Counted from the first letter of the stretch, positions 18,720 to 27,385 are shown. The stretch: 39,162 bases of DNA from Candidatus Desantisbacteria bacterium CG1_02_49_89 (GCA_001871075.1 MNUP01000075.1:1-39162), one strand, 5' to 3'. Numbers and translations: made by a program. Notes: a model not told the origin generated them from the sequence alone.

Positions 18720-19490
18720 ATGAATATTTTGTATGGAGTGATCGTATTCGTGTTCGGGCTGACAATAGGGAGTTTCCTTAACGTCTGCATATACAGGATG
18801 CCCAGGGGAGAATCTATTGTTTCGCCCGGTTCACACTGCCCGGACTGCAATCATCCGCTGGGCGTGTGGGACCTTATACCCCTGATAAGCTTTATCGCTC
18901 TGGGCATGAAGTGCAGGTACTGTAAAAAAGAAATTTCGCCAAGATATTTTTTCGTAGAGCTGGGAACAGGGGTGATGTTTCTCGCGGTTTTCGCCAGGTT
19001 CTTCATATATGAGAATAACCCTCTGGCTTTTGTTTCGTACCTGGTGCTGTGCAGCGCCCTTATCGTTATAACTTTCATTGACCTGGAACATAAAATAATA
19101 CCTGACAAGATAACGTATCCCGGGATGATAGCAGGAATATTCATAAGCATTTTTACGCGTTCGTTCCTGCCTTCGGTGCTCGGGCTGCTGATAGGCGGGG
19201 GCATACTGCTTTTTATCGTGGTTGTATCCAGGGGAGGGATGGGCGGAGGGGACGTGAAGCTTGCCGCAATGCTGGGAGCGTTCCTGGGCTGGAAGCTTAT
19301 ATTTCTCAATCTTTTTCTTGCGTTCCTTCTGGGCGGAATAGCCGCGGTGATACTTCTTATTATGAAAAAGAAGGGCAGGAAAGATTATATACCGTTCGGC
19401 CCGTACCTTGCGATCGCGGGGATGATCACGGTTTTCTGGGGAGACCGTTTACTTTCGATCTTTTTACCATTTCTGGCGCAAACGCATTAA
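18720..19490 (+). CDS. pilD: Type IV prepilin peptidase
   Basis: GSFLNVCIYRMP, two CxxC motifs, IDLEH, GMGGGDVKL, IPFGPYL. Confidence 0.95.
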   Translation: MNILYGVIVFVFGLTIGSFLNVCIYRMPRGESIVSPGSHCPDCNHPLGVWDLIPLISFIALGMKCRYCKKEISPRYFFVELGTGVMFLAVFARFFIYENNPLAFVSYLVLCSALIVITFIDLEHKIIPDKITYPGMIAGIFISIFTRSFLPSVLGLLIGGGILLFIVVVSRGGMGGGDVKLAAMLGAFLGWKLIFLNLFLAFLLGGIAAVILLIMKKKGRKDYIPFGPYLAIAGMITVFWGDRLLSIFLPFLAQTH

Positions 19491-19549
19491 ATTTGGCTTT
19501 CTAACCTTTTTAACCATATTAGTTTTTCGTTGTATAATGGGAGAAAAAA

Positions 19550-20653
19550 ATGATAAAATTCATAACAGCGGGAGAATCTCACGGTAAGGGGATCGTAGCG
19601 GTTATAGAAGGCATACCCGCGCACCTGCGTCTGGGCGAGGAAGACATAAATGTAGAGCTCAAAAGGCGGCAGATGGGATATGGCAGGGGAGCCAGGATGA
19701 AGATAGAACTGGACCGCGCTGAGATATTAAGTGGTGTCAGGAAAGGCGAGACCCTGGGTTCGCCTATCGCTGTTGCTGTCTGGAACAGGGACTGGCACAA
19801 TAAACCGATGAGCCCGGTATTCGTTCCAAGGCCGGGTCATGCTGACCTTGCAGGCGCATTAAAATACAGCCAGCAGGATATCAGGAATGTATGGGAAAGG
19901 GCAAGCGCAAGGGAGACCGCGGGACGAGTCGCAGCCGGGGCTGTTGCCAGGAAACTGCTTGGGGAATTCGGCATAGAGATCCTGAGCCATATTGTCGGAA
20001 TAGGATATATTTCTATTGATACAACAGGAATTAGATTAGAGCTATTGAAAAAACAGATTAAATCTGCCGATAAGGCACCTGTAAGATGCGTGAACAAAGA
20101 AGCTGCCAAGGAGATGATAAGGCAGATAGACGAGGCACGGGCAAAAGGGGATACTCTTGGAGGGATGTTCGAAATTATTGCGCTGGGGGTGCCTGCAGGG
20201 CTTGGAACCTATGTCCAGTGGGACGCGCGCCTTGATATGAAGCTTGCCGGAGCCCTGATGAGCATTCCGGGCATACGCGGGGTCGAGATAGGCCTGGGTT
20301 TTGAATCAGCTGGGATGAAAGGTTCTGAAGTCCATGATGAAATTGCCTACAAGGGAAGGTTCACGCGCAAGACCAATAATGCTGGCGGGATCGAAGGCGG
20401 CATTTCAAACGGCGAACCGATAATCCTGAGGGCTGCGATGAAACCTATACCCAGTCTTGCAAAGCCGCTTTGGTCAGTGAACCTGAAAACAAAGAGATCC
20501 GCGAAGGCGCCTGTGCTCCGAGCTGATGTTTGCGCTGTGCCTGCCGCAGGCGTGGTGGGCGAAGCCATGGCCGCGATTGAGCTTGCGTCCGCTATGACGG
20601 ATAGGTTCAGTGGCGATACACTGCAGGAAATGAAAAGGCATTTTAAAGCATAG
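19550..20653 (+). CDS. aroC: Chorismate synthase
   Basis: TAGESHG, PRPGHAD, ERASARETA, NNAGGIEGGISNG, MKPIPSL. Confidence 0.97.
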   Translation: MIKFITAGESHGKGIVAVIEGIPAHLRLGEEDINVELKRRQMGYGRGARMKIELDRAEILSGVRKGETLGSPIAVAVWNRDWHNKPMSPVFVPRPGHADLAGALKYSQQDIRNVWERASARETAGRVAAGAVARKLLGEFGIEILSHIVGIGYISIDTTGIRLELLKKQIKSADKAPVRCVNKEAAKEMIRQIDEARAKGDTLGGMFEIIALGVPAGLGTYVQWDARLDMKLAGALMSIPGIRGVEIGLGFESAGMKGSEVHDEIAYKGRFTRKTNNAGGIEGGISNGEPIILRAAMKPIPSLAKPLWSVNLKTKRSAKAPVLRADVCAVPAAGVVGEAMAAIELASAMTDRFSGDTLQEMKRHFKA

Positions 20654-20655
20654 CC

Positions 20656-20805
20656 TGTCATTGCGACTTCGCCCCGATTACCATCGGGGTGAGGAAGCAA
20701 TCTAATGTTAAGAAGGGATGTTACGTTTTGTAGGGGCGTGATTCATCACTCCCGAGATGTAGCGGTGCCTGCCCGCCAGTCAGTTTGGTGGGCGATTTAT
20801 CGCAC
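20656..20805. repeat. Cluster of palindromic REP-like elements at the left edge of the AT-rich island
   Basis: TGTCATTGCGA...GAAGCAATCT with an internal hairpin (20656-20703); GTAG-headed hairpins at 20730-20753 and 20759-20805. Confidence 0.8.
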
Positions 20806-20814
20806 GTTTCCTCC

Positions 20815-20877
20815 AATAGAGCACTGGGTTATCACCAGATAGAGATTTGTTCACCCCTGGAGGTGATTGAGTCATGA
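20815..20877 (+). pseudogene. 3' remnant of a probable PIN-domain toxin gene
   Basis: Reads NRALGYHQIEICSPLEVIES*, resembling C-termini of a PIN subfamily; stop overlaps the next ATG; no plausible start, REP-like hairpins lie directly upstream. Confidence 0.55.
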
Positions 20878-21050
20878 AAGAACCAAAAGCAATGAGAGAA
20901 ATCCATGAGATAATGGAGAAGATTTACGAAGAGGAAAAGCACTTGACTCCCGAAGAAAGAGTTAAAAAAATCAATAAAGAGTCAGAAGAGTTTATTAAAA
21001 AGCATAACCTTAACTTAAAACGGGTGGCAAGAAAGCCCGTTCGTATATAA
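20874..21050 (+). CDS. 58-aa helical protein, putative antitoxin (MKEPKAMREIHEIMEKIYEEEKHLTPEERVKKINKESEEFIKKHNLNLKRVARKPVRI)
   Basis: SD GGAGGTG at 20859-20865; clean ORF; function inferred from context. Confidence 0.7.
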   Translation: MKEPKAMREIHEIMEKIYEEEKHLTPEERVKKINKESEEFIKKHNLNLKRVARKPVRI

Positions 21051-21210
21051 AAATTGTCGCCTATAAATTCCTTTTCCATATGGACGCCTTTAGGGAATAC
21101 TTTTGAAAATTAAAGTAACTCACAACTAAATACCTGACACCATAATTTTCTGAAAGCATTTTCTTTTGCAATATAACCATTCCAATCCTTAGAAGGATAA
21201 TTAAGTATTG

Positions 21211-21240
21211 TGTCCCCGGAATTTTTGTCCCCGGAATTTT
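21211..21240. repeat. Perfect 15-nt tandem duplication TGTCCCCGGAATTTT
   Basis: 21211-21225 is identical to 21226-21240. Confidence 0.9.
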
Positions 21241-21336
21241 ATTCATGGAAATATTGAAAATGAAAAAAATAAAGGAATCGATAAGTAGAATTTTATATAC
21301 AAGAAGGTTATACAGACAAGCAAAAAAGGAGAAGAA

Positions 21337-21969
21337 ATGGTTAATCACTTGATAGAGATATTTAAAGATGAAAAATTGGTAGATAAAATTAAGGTGCGTC
21401 TGCCGCATTTATTTCAGCTCGCGGAATTAGAAAGTTCAAGAGCGGGAAAAATTGGAATGGAGGTAGGATCAGTTAGAGAAAGGATAGTAGCAGCTCTACT
21501 TATTTATAAATTTGGTGAAAAAAATGTTGAAACTGAAATTCCCATAACAGAGGCAGAAGTTGATGTAAAGTTATTCGGGTCTCCGATTTCCATAAAAACA
21601 ATCACAGGGCAGAGTTTTGGAGGTGTAAAGCTTGTTTGGACTGTAGACGCTCAGAAAGCAAGAGAGTTTTTACAAAACTACCAACCTACCAGTGATATGA
21701 TATTTGTTCAAATTAATTGGAATAATGGCGGAGGTTTTTACCACATTCCTTTAGAAGTTCAAAGAGAAGTTTTCAAAAAGATGGGAAGGCAGAAATATAT
21801 CAAATTGCCGAAAGAAGGTACAAATCCGAGAGGCGCAGAAATGTCAAAAGAAGCATTGGAAGAATTGATAAAACATAAAGATACCAAAAATATCGAGATT
21901 GATTGGAAAAAACAAAAAATAGATTTTGACCCATATAAAAAATGGGTTGATTACTGGAGAGAGGATTAA
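21337..21969 (+). CDS. Type II restriction endonuclease, ThaI-like family
   Basis: ESSRAGKIGMEVGSVRE, PD-(D/E)xK-type core EVDV..ISIKT, KLVWTVD, GTNPRG; adjacent methyltransferase. Confidence 0.8.
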   Translation: MVNHLIEIFKDEKLVDKIKVRLPHLFQLAELESSRAGKIGMEVGSVRERIVAALLIYKFGEKNVETEIPITEAEVDVKLFGSPISIKTITGQSFGGVKLVWTVDAQKAREFLQNYQPTSDMIFVQINWNNGGGFYHIPLEVQREVFKKMGRQKYIKLPKEGTNPRGAEMSKEALEELIKHKDTKNIEIDWKKQKIDFDPYKKWVDYWRED

Positions 21970-21970
21970 A

Positions 21971-23077
21971 ATGTTAACTACACAAAAAAAATCAGGCACT
22001 AAAACAAGTGCTTTCGGTTCCCCGGGAAGAATTAATCATGATTCCTCTACTTTTTATAATAGTAGATTGTATGAAGGATTGCCAAAAGAAGAATTTACAA
22101 AATATTTTGAAAATCCAATTCCTTCAAAATTCTTGAATAAAATTTTATGCAAAACAAGTGAAAATATGGAAGAATTGCCGGACAATAGCGTTCACCTGAT
22201 GGTTACCTCACCGCCCTATAATGTAGGAAAGGAATATGACGAGAATTTAACTTTAGATGAATATAGGAACTTTTTAAAACGAGTATGGAAAGAAGTTAAG
22301 CGTGTTCTTGTTCCAGGAGGAAGGGTTTGTATTAATGTGGCAAATCTTGGAAGAAAACCCTATATTCCGCTTGATGGTTTTATCATAGATGATATGCTTA
22401 ATTTGGGATTTTTGATGCGAGGTGAAATTATATGGAATAAGGCTTCAAGCGGCAGTCCGTCAACTGCCTGGGGCAGTTGGCTTTCTGCCCAAAATCCAAT
22501 TTTAAGGGATATTCATGAATACATTTTGGTATTTTCAAAAGGAATGTATTCAAGAGGAAATCCAGGGAGAAAAAGCACAATTTCAAAAGAGGAATTTCTT
22601 GAATTCACAAAAAGTATGTGGACCTTTTCTGCAGAGTCGGCGCGAAAAGTAGGTCATCCGGCTCCCTTTCCGGTAGAACTTCCATACAGACTTATTCAAC
22701 TATATACTTATGAAAGAGAGGTTATTCTTGATCCATTTATAGGGAGCGGACAGGTTGCAATCGCAGCTGTTAAAACGAATCGAAATTATGTTGGATATGA
22801 CATCACCGAAGAATATGTAAAGTTAGCGGAGAAGCGAATCAAGGATTTTATCTTGACTTTTAATGCACCCAAATTATTTGAATATAAAACAGACAGAGAT
22901 GGCAAAAGTGAAAAAATTGTATACAATCCAAAACAATTGACGTTATCTGACAATCTTATAGGATATAAAAAAAGAATAGCAAAAAAGAAAAAGGTTGGAA
23001 CGAAACCTAAAAAATCAAGTTTAATAAAAGACCAACTTGCGCATCAAGGGAAAAATGGTATGAATTATCAGAAATAA
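21971..23077 (+). CDS. Site-specific N4-C/N6-A DNA methyltransferase, beta class
   Basis: VTSPPY precedes HPAPFP and LDPFIGSG; Lys-rich C-terminal tail. Confidence 0.92.
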   Translation: MLTTQKKSGTKTSAFGSPGRINHDSSTFYNSRLYEGLPKEEFTKYFENPIPSKFLNKILCKTSENMEELPDNSVHLMVTSPPYNVGKEYDENLTLDEYRNFLKRVWKEVKRVLVPGGRVCINVANLGRKPYIPLDGFIIDDMLNLGFLMRGEIIWNKASSGSPSTAWGSWLSAQNPILRDIHEYILVFSKGMYSRGNPGRKSTISKEEFLEFTKSMWTFSAESARKVGHPAPFPVELPYRLIQLYTYEREVILDPFIGSGQVAIAAVKTNRNYVGYDITEEYVKLAEKRIKDFILTFNAPKLFEYKTDRDGKSEKIVYNPKQLTLSDNLIGYKKRIAKKKKVGTKPKKSSLIKDQLAHQGKNGMNYQK

Positions 23078-23296
23078 AAACTTCAATTTTTTCTAAACTC
23101 TTTATAGATGTATCTCTCGGTTATTACATAAATCCTGAATATTTTCCTATGGACCATACTTTTTTTGGTATAGAACCCTATAAGACACAAGATAAAAGGT
23201 AAAGAGTTTTGGGAAATATAAGAAATCAAAAGAAGGAATAAACATAGATGCCCTTAAGGATATAATAATTGATAAGATTAAAAAGGAGTAGAAGGT

Positions 23297-23668
23297 ATGC
23301 AAATGCTCGGAGAATTCTATAGAGAAAAAATCCTTTCACACAAAGGAACCATTCTTAAATCGCTGGAAAATCATTCCGGAGAAATCAGGATACAGAAGGA
23401 TTTATTTGGATGGAAGCTTTATTCAGGGAAGAATTTCATTGAATGTAAGTCTGAAGAAGAGGCACGTTATTTAAAAGTCTTTCTTGAGGCAGGTTTAACT
23501 GAGGTTCGTGTTCCAAAAGACGATGAATATCTGAATAATATTCTTCCTGAACTTGAGAAATTAAAAATAAAAATTGATAAAATCATAAATTCATACCTTG
23601 AGACCATTATGAGTCGCAAAGTAAGGAATGAACTATTAGCCAAAGTTTGGGCTGACATTTTAAAATAA
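23297..23668 (+). CDS. Hypothetical protein, possibly related to the C-terminal region of type IIG R-M enzymes
   Basis: SD AAGGAG/GAAGG upstream; clean 123-aa ORF; relationship inferred from the CKSEEEARYL..G..EVRVP pattern. Confidence 0.65.
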   Translation: MQMLGEFYREKILSHKGTILKSLENHSGEIRIQKDLFGWKLYSGKNFIECKSEEEARYLKVFLEAGLTEVRVPKDDEYLNNILPELEKLKIKIDKIINSYLETIMSRKVRNELLAKVWADILK

Positions 23669-23707
23669 GCATAAATTCTAATAGGAAGAAGTAAATAAAA
23701 TATTAAA

Positions 23708-23736
23708 ATCTGTGGTTATCTGTGAAAATCAGTGTC
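23708..23736. repeat. Lone 3x10-mer arm (ATCWGTG) at the right edge of the island
   Basis: Cores at 23708/23718/23728; same pattern as 27346-27374. Confidence 0.8.
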
Positions 23737-23746
23737 AATATCTCTT

Positions 23747-24262
23747 ATGAAAAATATAATCCTTATCGGGTTCATGGGAAGCGGCAAGACCGCGGCAGGA
23801 AAGCTCATCGCGAAGAAATTAAGGATGGGTTTTATCGATATGGACCTGCTTATTGAAAAAATCACCCGGATGAAGATAAGCGATATTTTCCGCAGGCACG
23901 GCGAAAAACACTTCAGAAGGATAGAGGGCGGAATGCTTTCGGCTCTTTCTCATCTCAGCAACATAGTCTTATCAACCGGCGGCGGCATAGTGAAAAATCC
24001 CTGGAACCGCGGGATAATGAGAAGGATGGGGAACGTTATATACCTTGACGCTACCCCTGAGGCGATACTGAAAAGGATGAAGAAAACAGAAATAAAGAAA
24101 CGACCTTTGCTTGCGGGCAGCAAAGATTTGGTTAAAACAATAGCTGACATTCTTAAACCCAGGTTGAAACTTTACCGTTCCTGTTCGCACCGGGTTATCG
24201 AAACTTCAGGAAAGACGCTAAAGCAAGTCGCAAAAGAGGCGATACGTTGCGCAAGAAAGTGA
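23747..24262 (+). CDS. aroK: Shikimate kinase
   Basis: NIILIGFMGSGKT, GEKHFRRIE, STGGG, RPLL. Confidence 0.95.
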   Translation: MKNIILIGFMGSGKTAAGKLIAKKLRMGFIDMDLLIEKITRMKISDIFRRHGEKHFRRIEGGMLSALSHLSNIVLSTGGGIVKNPWNRGIMRRMGNVIYLDATPEAILKRMKKTEIKKRPLLAGSKDLVKTIADILKPRLKLYRSCSHRVIETSGKTLKQVAKEAIRCARK

Positions 24263-24948
24263 AAATAGGCGGTCTTGATTTCAAGGAGCCGCGCATCGCG
24301 GTCACATTGGCCGGCATTACCCCGAAGCTGCTCAAAACAGCAAGGATTGAGGGAGCGGATATCATAGAACTGCGCGCTGATAAAATGAAGAAGCCTGCGC
24401 CCGCGCGGATCATCAAGGCGCTTGACAGGATAAGAAAAGCCGGGTTCCCTTCGATACTGACCATCAGGAATAGGGAAGAGGGCGCGGAAAGGCATATACC
24501 GGATAAAAAGCGGCTCCTGCTTTTCAGGCAGGCCATAAAGGCGGCTGACGCGGTTGATATTGAGTATTTCAGCAGAGACATACGCGACGCGGTCATAAAG
24601 CTCGCGCGCAGGAACAGAAAGACCGTGATAGTGTCCTTCCACGCGCTGGACAGCACGCCTTCTGATTTTCTTTTCGGCAGGGTCCTGAAGCTGGCTTTCC
24701 AAAAAAAAGCTGACATCGTGAAGATAGCGGCAATGGCGAATACATTCGACGATATGGTGCGCCTGTCTTCTTTTACGTATGACAACAGGAATAAAAACAT
24801 AATAACTCTGAGCCTGGGCCAGGTCGGAAGGACCTCAAGGGTTATATTCCCAAGCTTGGGTTCCATTATGACATACGGGTTCGTGGACAGGCCGCAGGCG
24901 CCGGGCCAGATGCGCGTTTCTTTCATCAAGCGCCTTCTGAGCGCGTAA
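24247..24948 (+). CDS. aroD: Type I 3-dehydroquinate dehydratase
   Basis: DIIELRAD, TIRNREEG, VDIE, SFH, IVKIA, QAPGQ. Alternative start GTG 24259. Confidence 0.93.
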   Translation: MRKKVKIGGLDFKEPRIAVTLAGITPKLLKTARIEGADIIELRADKMKKPAPARIIKALDRIRKAGFPSILTIRNREEGAERHIPDKKRLLLFRQAIKAADAVDIEYFSRDIRDAVIKLARRNRKTVIVSFHALDSTPSDFLFGRVLKLAFQKKADIVKIAAMANTFDDMVRLSSFTYDNRNKNIITLSLGQVGRTSRVIFPSLGSIMTYGFVDRPQAPGQMRVSFIKRLLSA

Positions 24949-24957
24949 AAGGACATA

Positions 24958-26028
24958 ATGAGCCTGCAGAGGATAAAAAAATTAAGGGAGAAGATGAAGG
25001 AGCACGGCATTGACGCGCTCCTGGTATCGCATAAGGTTAACCGCGATTACCTGCTGAATATAAACTTTTTCATAGGGGGCGTTTGCCTGGTCACCTCCAG
25101 GAACGCATATTTCCTCGCGGACTTCTGTAACTATGGCGAGGTAAAGAGCAGGACCTGCGGCGATATCAATATGGTTTTGCTGAAAAAAAGTTTCATTGAG
25201 CACCTGCGGGACATAGTTAACGCGGACAAGGTTAAAAAGCTGGGCATAGAACACCAGTATATGTCGGTTGCCAAATACGATGAAATAAAGGCGCTCAAGA
25301 AAGCAAAGGCCGTGTACGCGGGCTGGCTCGTGGAAGAGCTGCGCATGAAAAAGGAAAAAGCGGAAATAGACAGCATAAGGAAGGCAAGCGAGCTTTCTGA
25401 CCTTGTTCTCAATCAGATCCCCGGGTTCTTGAAGCCCGGAATAACAGAGAAAGACGCCGCGCGCAGGATAGACCGGATCATACGCGATAACCGCGGGGAT
25501 ATTGCTTTTGACACGATCGTCGCCTCGGGTGTGCGTTCCGGGTATCCCCACGGCACTGCTTCCGATAAAGTGATAAAACCGGGGGACGCCGTTGTAGTAG
25601 ATCTCGGGGCGCAGCTCAACGGGTATTCTTCTGACTGCACAAGGACTTTTTTCGCGGGAAAGCCCGATTCAAAGCAAAAAAAGGTATACGGTATAGTAAG
25701 GCAGGCGCAGGAAAAAGCGCTAAAACAAGTTAAAGAAGGCGCCATATGTTCAAAGCTTGATTCTTCGGCGCGGGCCCTTATATCAAAAAAGGGTTTTGGC
25801 AAATATTTCGGCCACAGCCTGGGGCACGGCGTCGGAAGGGAAGTGCACGAGCTTCCGCACGTGAGCATGAATAACCTGACAGCGCTTGAGAGCGGGATGG
25901 TGATCACGATAGAGCCGGGCATATACCTGCCGGACGGTTTCGGGGTAAGGATAGAAGACCTTGTGGTGGTTACCAAAAGCGGATTTGAGAACTTGAGCAA
26001 AACAACAAAAGATATGATCTCAGTTTAA
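24958..26028 (+). CDS. Xaa-Pro aminopeptidase (M24 family)
   Basis: DLGA..GYSSDCTRT, HSLGHGVG..VHELP, TIEPGIY, GVRIED. Confidence 0.93.
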   Translation: MSLQRIKKLREKMKEHGIDALLVSHKVNRDYLLNINFFIGGVCLVTSRNAYFLADFCNYGEVKSRTCGDINMVLLKKSFIEHLRDIVNADKVKKLGIEHQYMSVAKYDEIKALKKAKAVYAGWLVEELRMKKEKAEIDSIRKASELSDLVLNQIPGFLKPGITEKDAARRIDRIIRDNRGDIAFDTIVASGVRSGYPHGTASDKVIKPGDAVVVDLGAQLNGYSSDCTRTFFAGKPDSKQKKVYGIVRQAQEKALKQVKEGAICSKLDSSARALISKKGFGKYFGHSLGHGVGREVHELPHVSMNNLTALESGMVITIEPGIYLPDGFGVRIEDLVVVTKSGFENLSKTTKDMISV

Positions 26029-26049
26029 ACAAAAATTATTAAAAATTCA

Positions 26050-26086
26050 CCCTCACCTTATTCCTCTCCCGTCCAAGGGAGAGGAA
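26050..26086. repeat. CCCTCACC...TTCCTCTCCC-N6-GGGAGAGGAA hairpin repeat
   Basis: 10-bp perfect stem; related copy at 35683-35734. Confidence 0.75.
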
Positions 26087-26113
26087 CAGGATGGAAATTA
26101 GAAGGGATAAAAA

Positions 26114-26695
26114 ATGGTTACGCCAAATGATTTCAGGACCGGAATGATAGTTATTTTTGAAAACAAACTCTATAAAGTCGTGGAGTTCCAGCACGTTAAG
26201 CCTGGTAAAGGCGGCGCGTTCGTGCGCGCGAGGCTGAAAGACGTCAGGGAGGGTTTTGTTCTGGACAGGACTTTCAGGCACCACGAGACCATGGAAGAGG
26301 TGCATGTCGAAGAAAAACCGTCGCAGTTCCTCTACAAGGAAGGCAGTAATTTCCTGTTCATGGACAAGGAAACGTACGACCAGGTTTCCTTCTCAGAAAA
26401 GCAGGTCGGCGACCAGAAGAAATTCCTTAAAGAAGGCATGGAGGTGCTGGTTGTTTATTACACGGAAAAGACAGACAGGGCAGGCACGCTTGTTCCGCTT
26501 TCGATAGAAATGCCCAATTTTGTGGAGCTTAAGGTAGTTGAATCTCCCCCGGGAGTGAAGGGCGATACGGTAGCGCTTGCTTTAAAAGAGGTTACGCTTG
26601 AAAACGGCTACAGGATCTCGGTCCCTCTTTTCATAAAGGAAGGGGACGTCCTAAAAATAAACACTGCGAATGGGGAATACGTGGAACGCGTCTGA
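26114..26695 (+). CDS. efp: Elongation factor P
   Basis: HVKPGKGGAFVR, PGVKGDT, VPLFIKEGD, GEYVER. Confidence 0.96.
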   Translation: MVTPNDFRTGMIVIFENKLYKVVEFQHVKPGKGGAFVRARLKDVREGFVLDRTFRHHETMEEVHVEEKPSQFLYKEGSNFLFMDKETYDQVSFSEKQVGDQKKFLKEGMEVLVVYYTEKTDRAGTLVPLSIEMPNFVELKVVESPPGVKGDTVALALKEVTLENGYRISVPLFIKEGDVLKINTANGEYVERV

Positions 26696-26703
26696 TAAAT
26701 ACA

Positions 26704-26768
26704 GTGTCAACGTATCAGAGTTTTAAAATATAATCACCGTAATCATCTTATATAATCACCGTAATCAT
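26704..26768. repeat. Octamer pair followed by a 19-nt direct repeat ATATAATCACCGTAATCAT
   Basis: GTGTCAAC GTATCAGA; repeats at 26728 and 26750. Confidence 0.85.
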
Positions 26769-26785
26769 TTTTAACAGGGGGAAAT

Positions 26786-27277
26786 ATGAACCTTAAGGAA
26801 GTAAAGGAGATAATAAACCTGCTTCAAAATTCGGATATAGATGAGCTTGAGATCGAAAGGGAGGGCGTCAGGATACGCGTGAAAAAAACTCCGGGCGTCC
26901 AGCATGTCCCGATCACGTCCACGAATTTACCCTCGCAGATCTTCCAGCAGCCGGTGCCTGTCACAAGCGTGCCGGTCGCGCCGCAGAACGGCGGGCAGGC
27001 AGGCCAGGCCCAGGGGGCAGTCCCGGCTGAAAAAGGCGTTATACAGATAGTGTCTCCGATGGTGGGGACTTTCTACAGGGCGCCCAGCTCTGAAGCGGAA
27101 CCCTATGTTGAAGTGGGCACGGAGGTTACCAAGGGCCAGCCTCTGTGCATAATAGAAGCTATGAAGATGATGAACGAGATAGAATCCGAGGTCAGCGGAA
27201 AGATCGTCAGGATACTGGTGGAGAACGGGCAGACAGTTGAATTCGGCCAGCCGCTCTTCCAGGTAGAAACGCAATAA
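26786..27277 (+). CDS. accB: Acetyl-CoA carboxylase biotin carboxyl carrier protein
   Basis: SPMVGTFY, IEAMKMMNEI, VEFGQPL. Confidence 0.96.
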   Translation: MNLKEVKEIINLLQNSDIDELEIEREGVRIRVKKTPGVQHVPITSTNLPSQIFQQPVPVTSVPVAPQNGGQAGQAQGAVPAEKGVIQIVSPMVGTFYRAPSSEAEPYVEVGTEVTKGQPLCIIEAMKMMNEIESEVSGKIVRILVENGQTVEFGQPLFQVETQ

Positions 27278-27286
27278 AATAATTTA

Positions 27287-27374
27287 GACACTGATTTTCA
27301 CTGATTAACACTGATGTTTGATTTTGCTGCAACATATTCATGCCTATCTGTGAAAATCCGTGCAAATCTGTGTC
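27287..27374. repeat. Inverted 3x10-mer brackets between accB and accC
   Basis: CACTGAT at 27289/27299/27309; ATCYGTG at 27346/27356/27366. Confidence 0.88.
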
Positions 27375-27385
27375 AAAAGGGTTTT

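Noticed and set aside
21061-21408. 115-aa minus-strand ORF in the island
   Set aside because: Runs through repeats, overlaps the REase start antisense, and has low-complexity composition.
23078-23296. Possible decayed gene fragments in the AT-rich gap
   Set aside because: Short open stretches with no assignable family.
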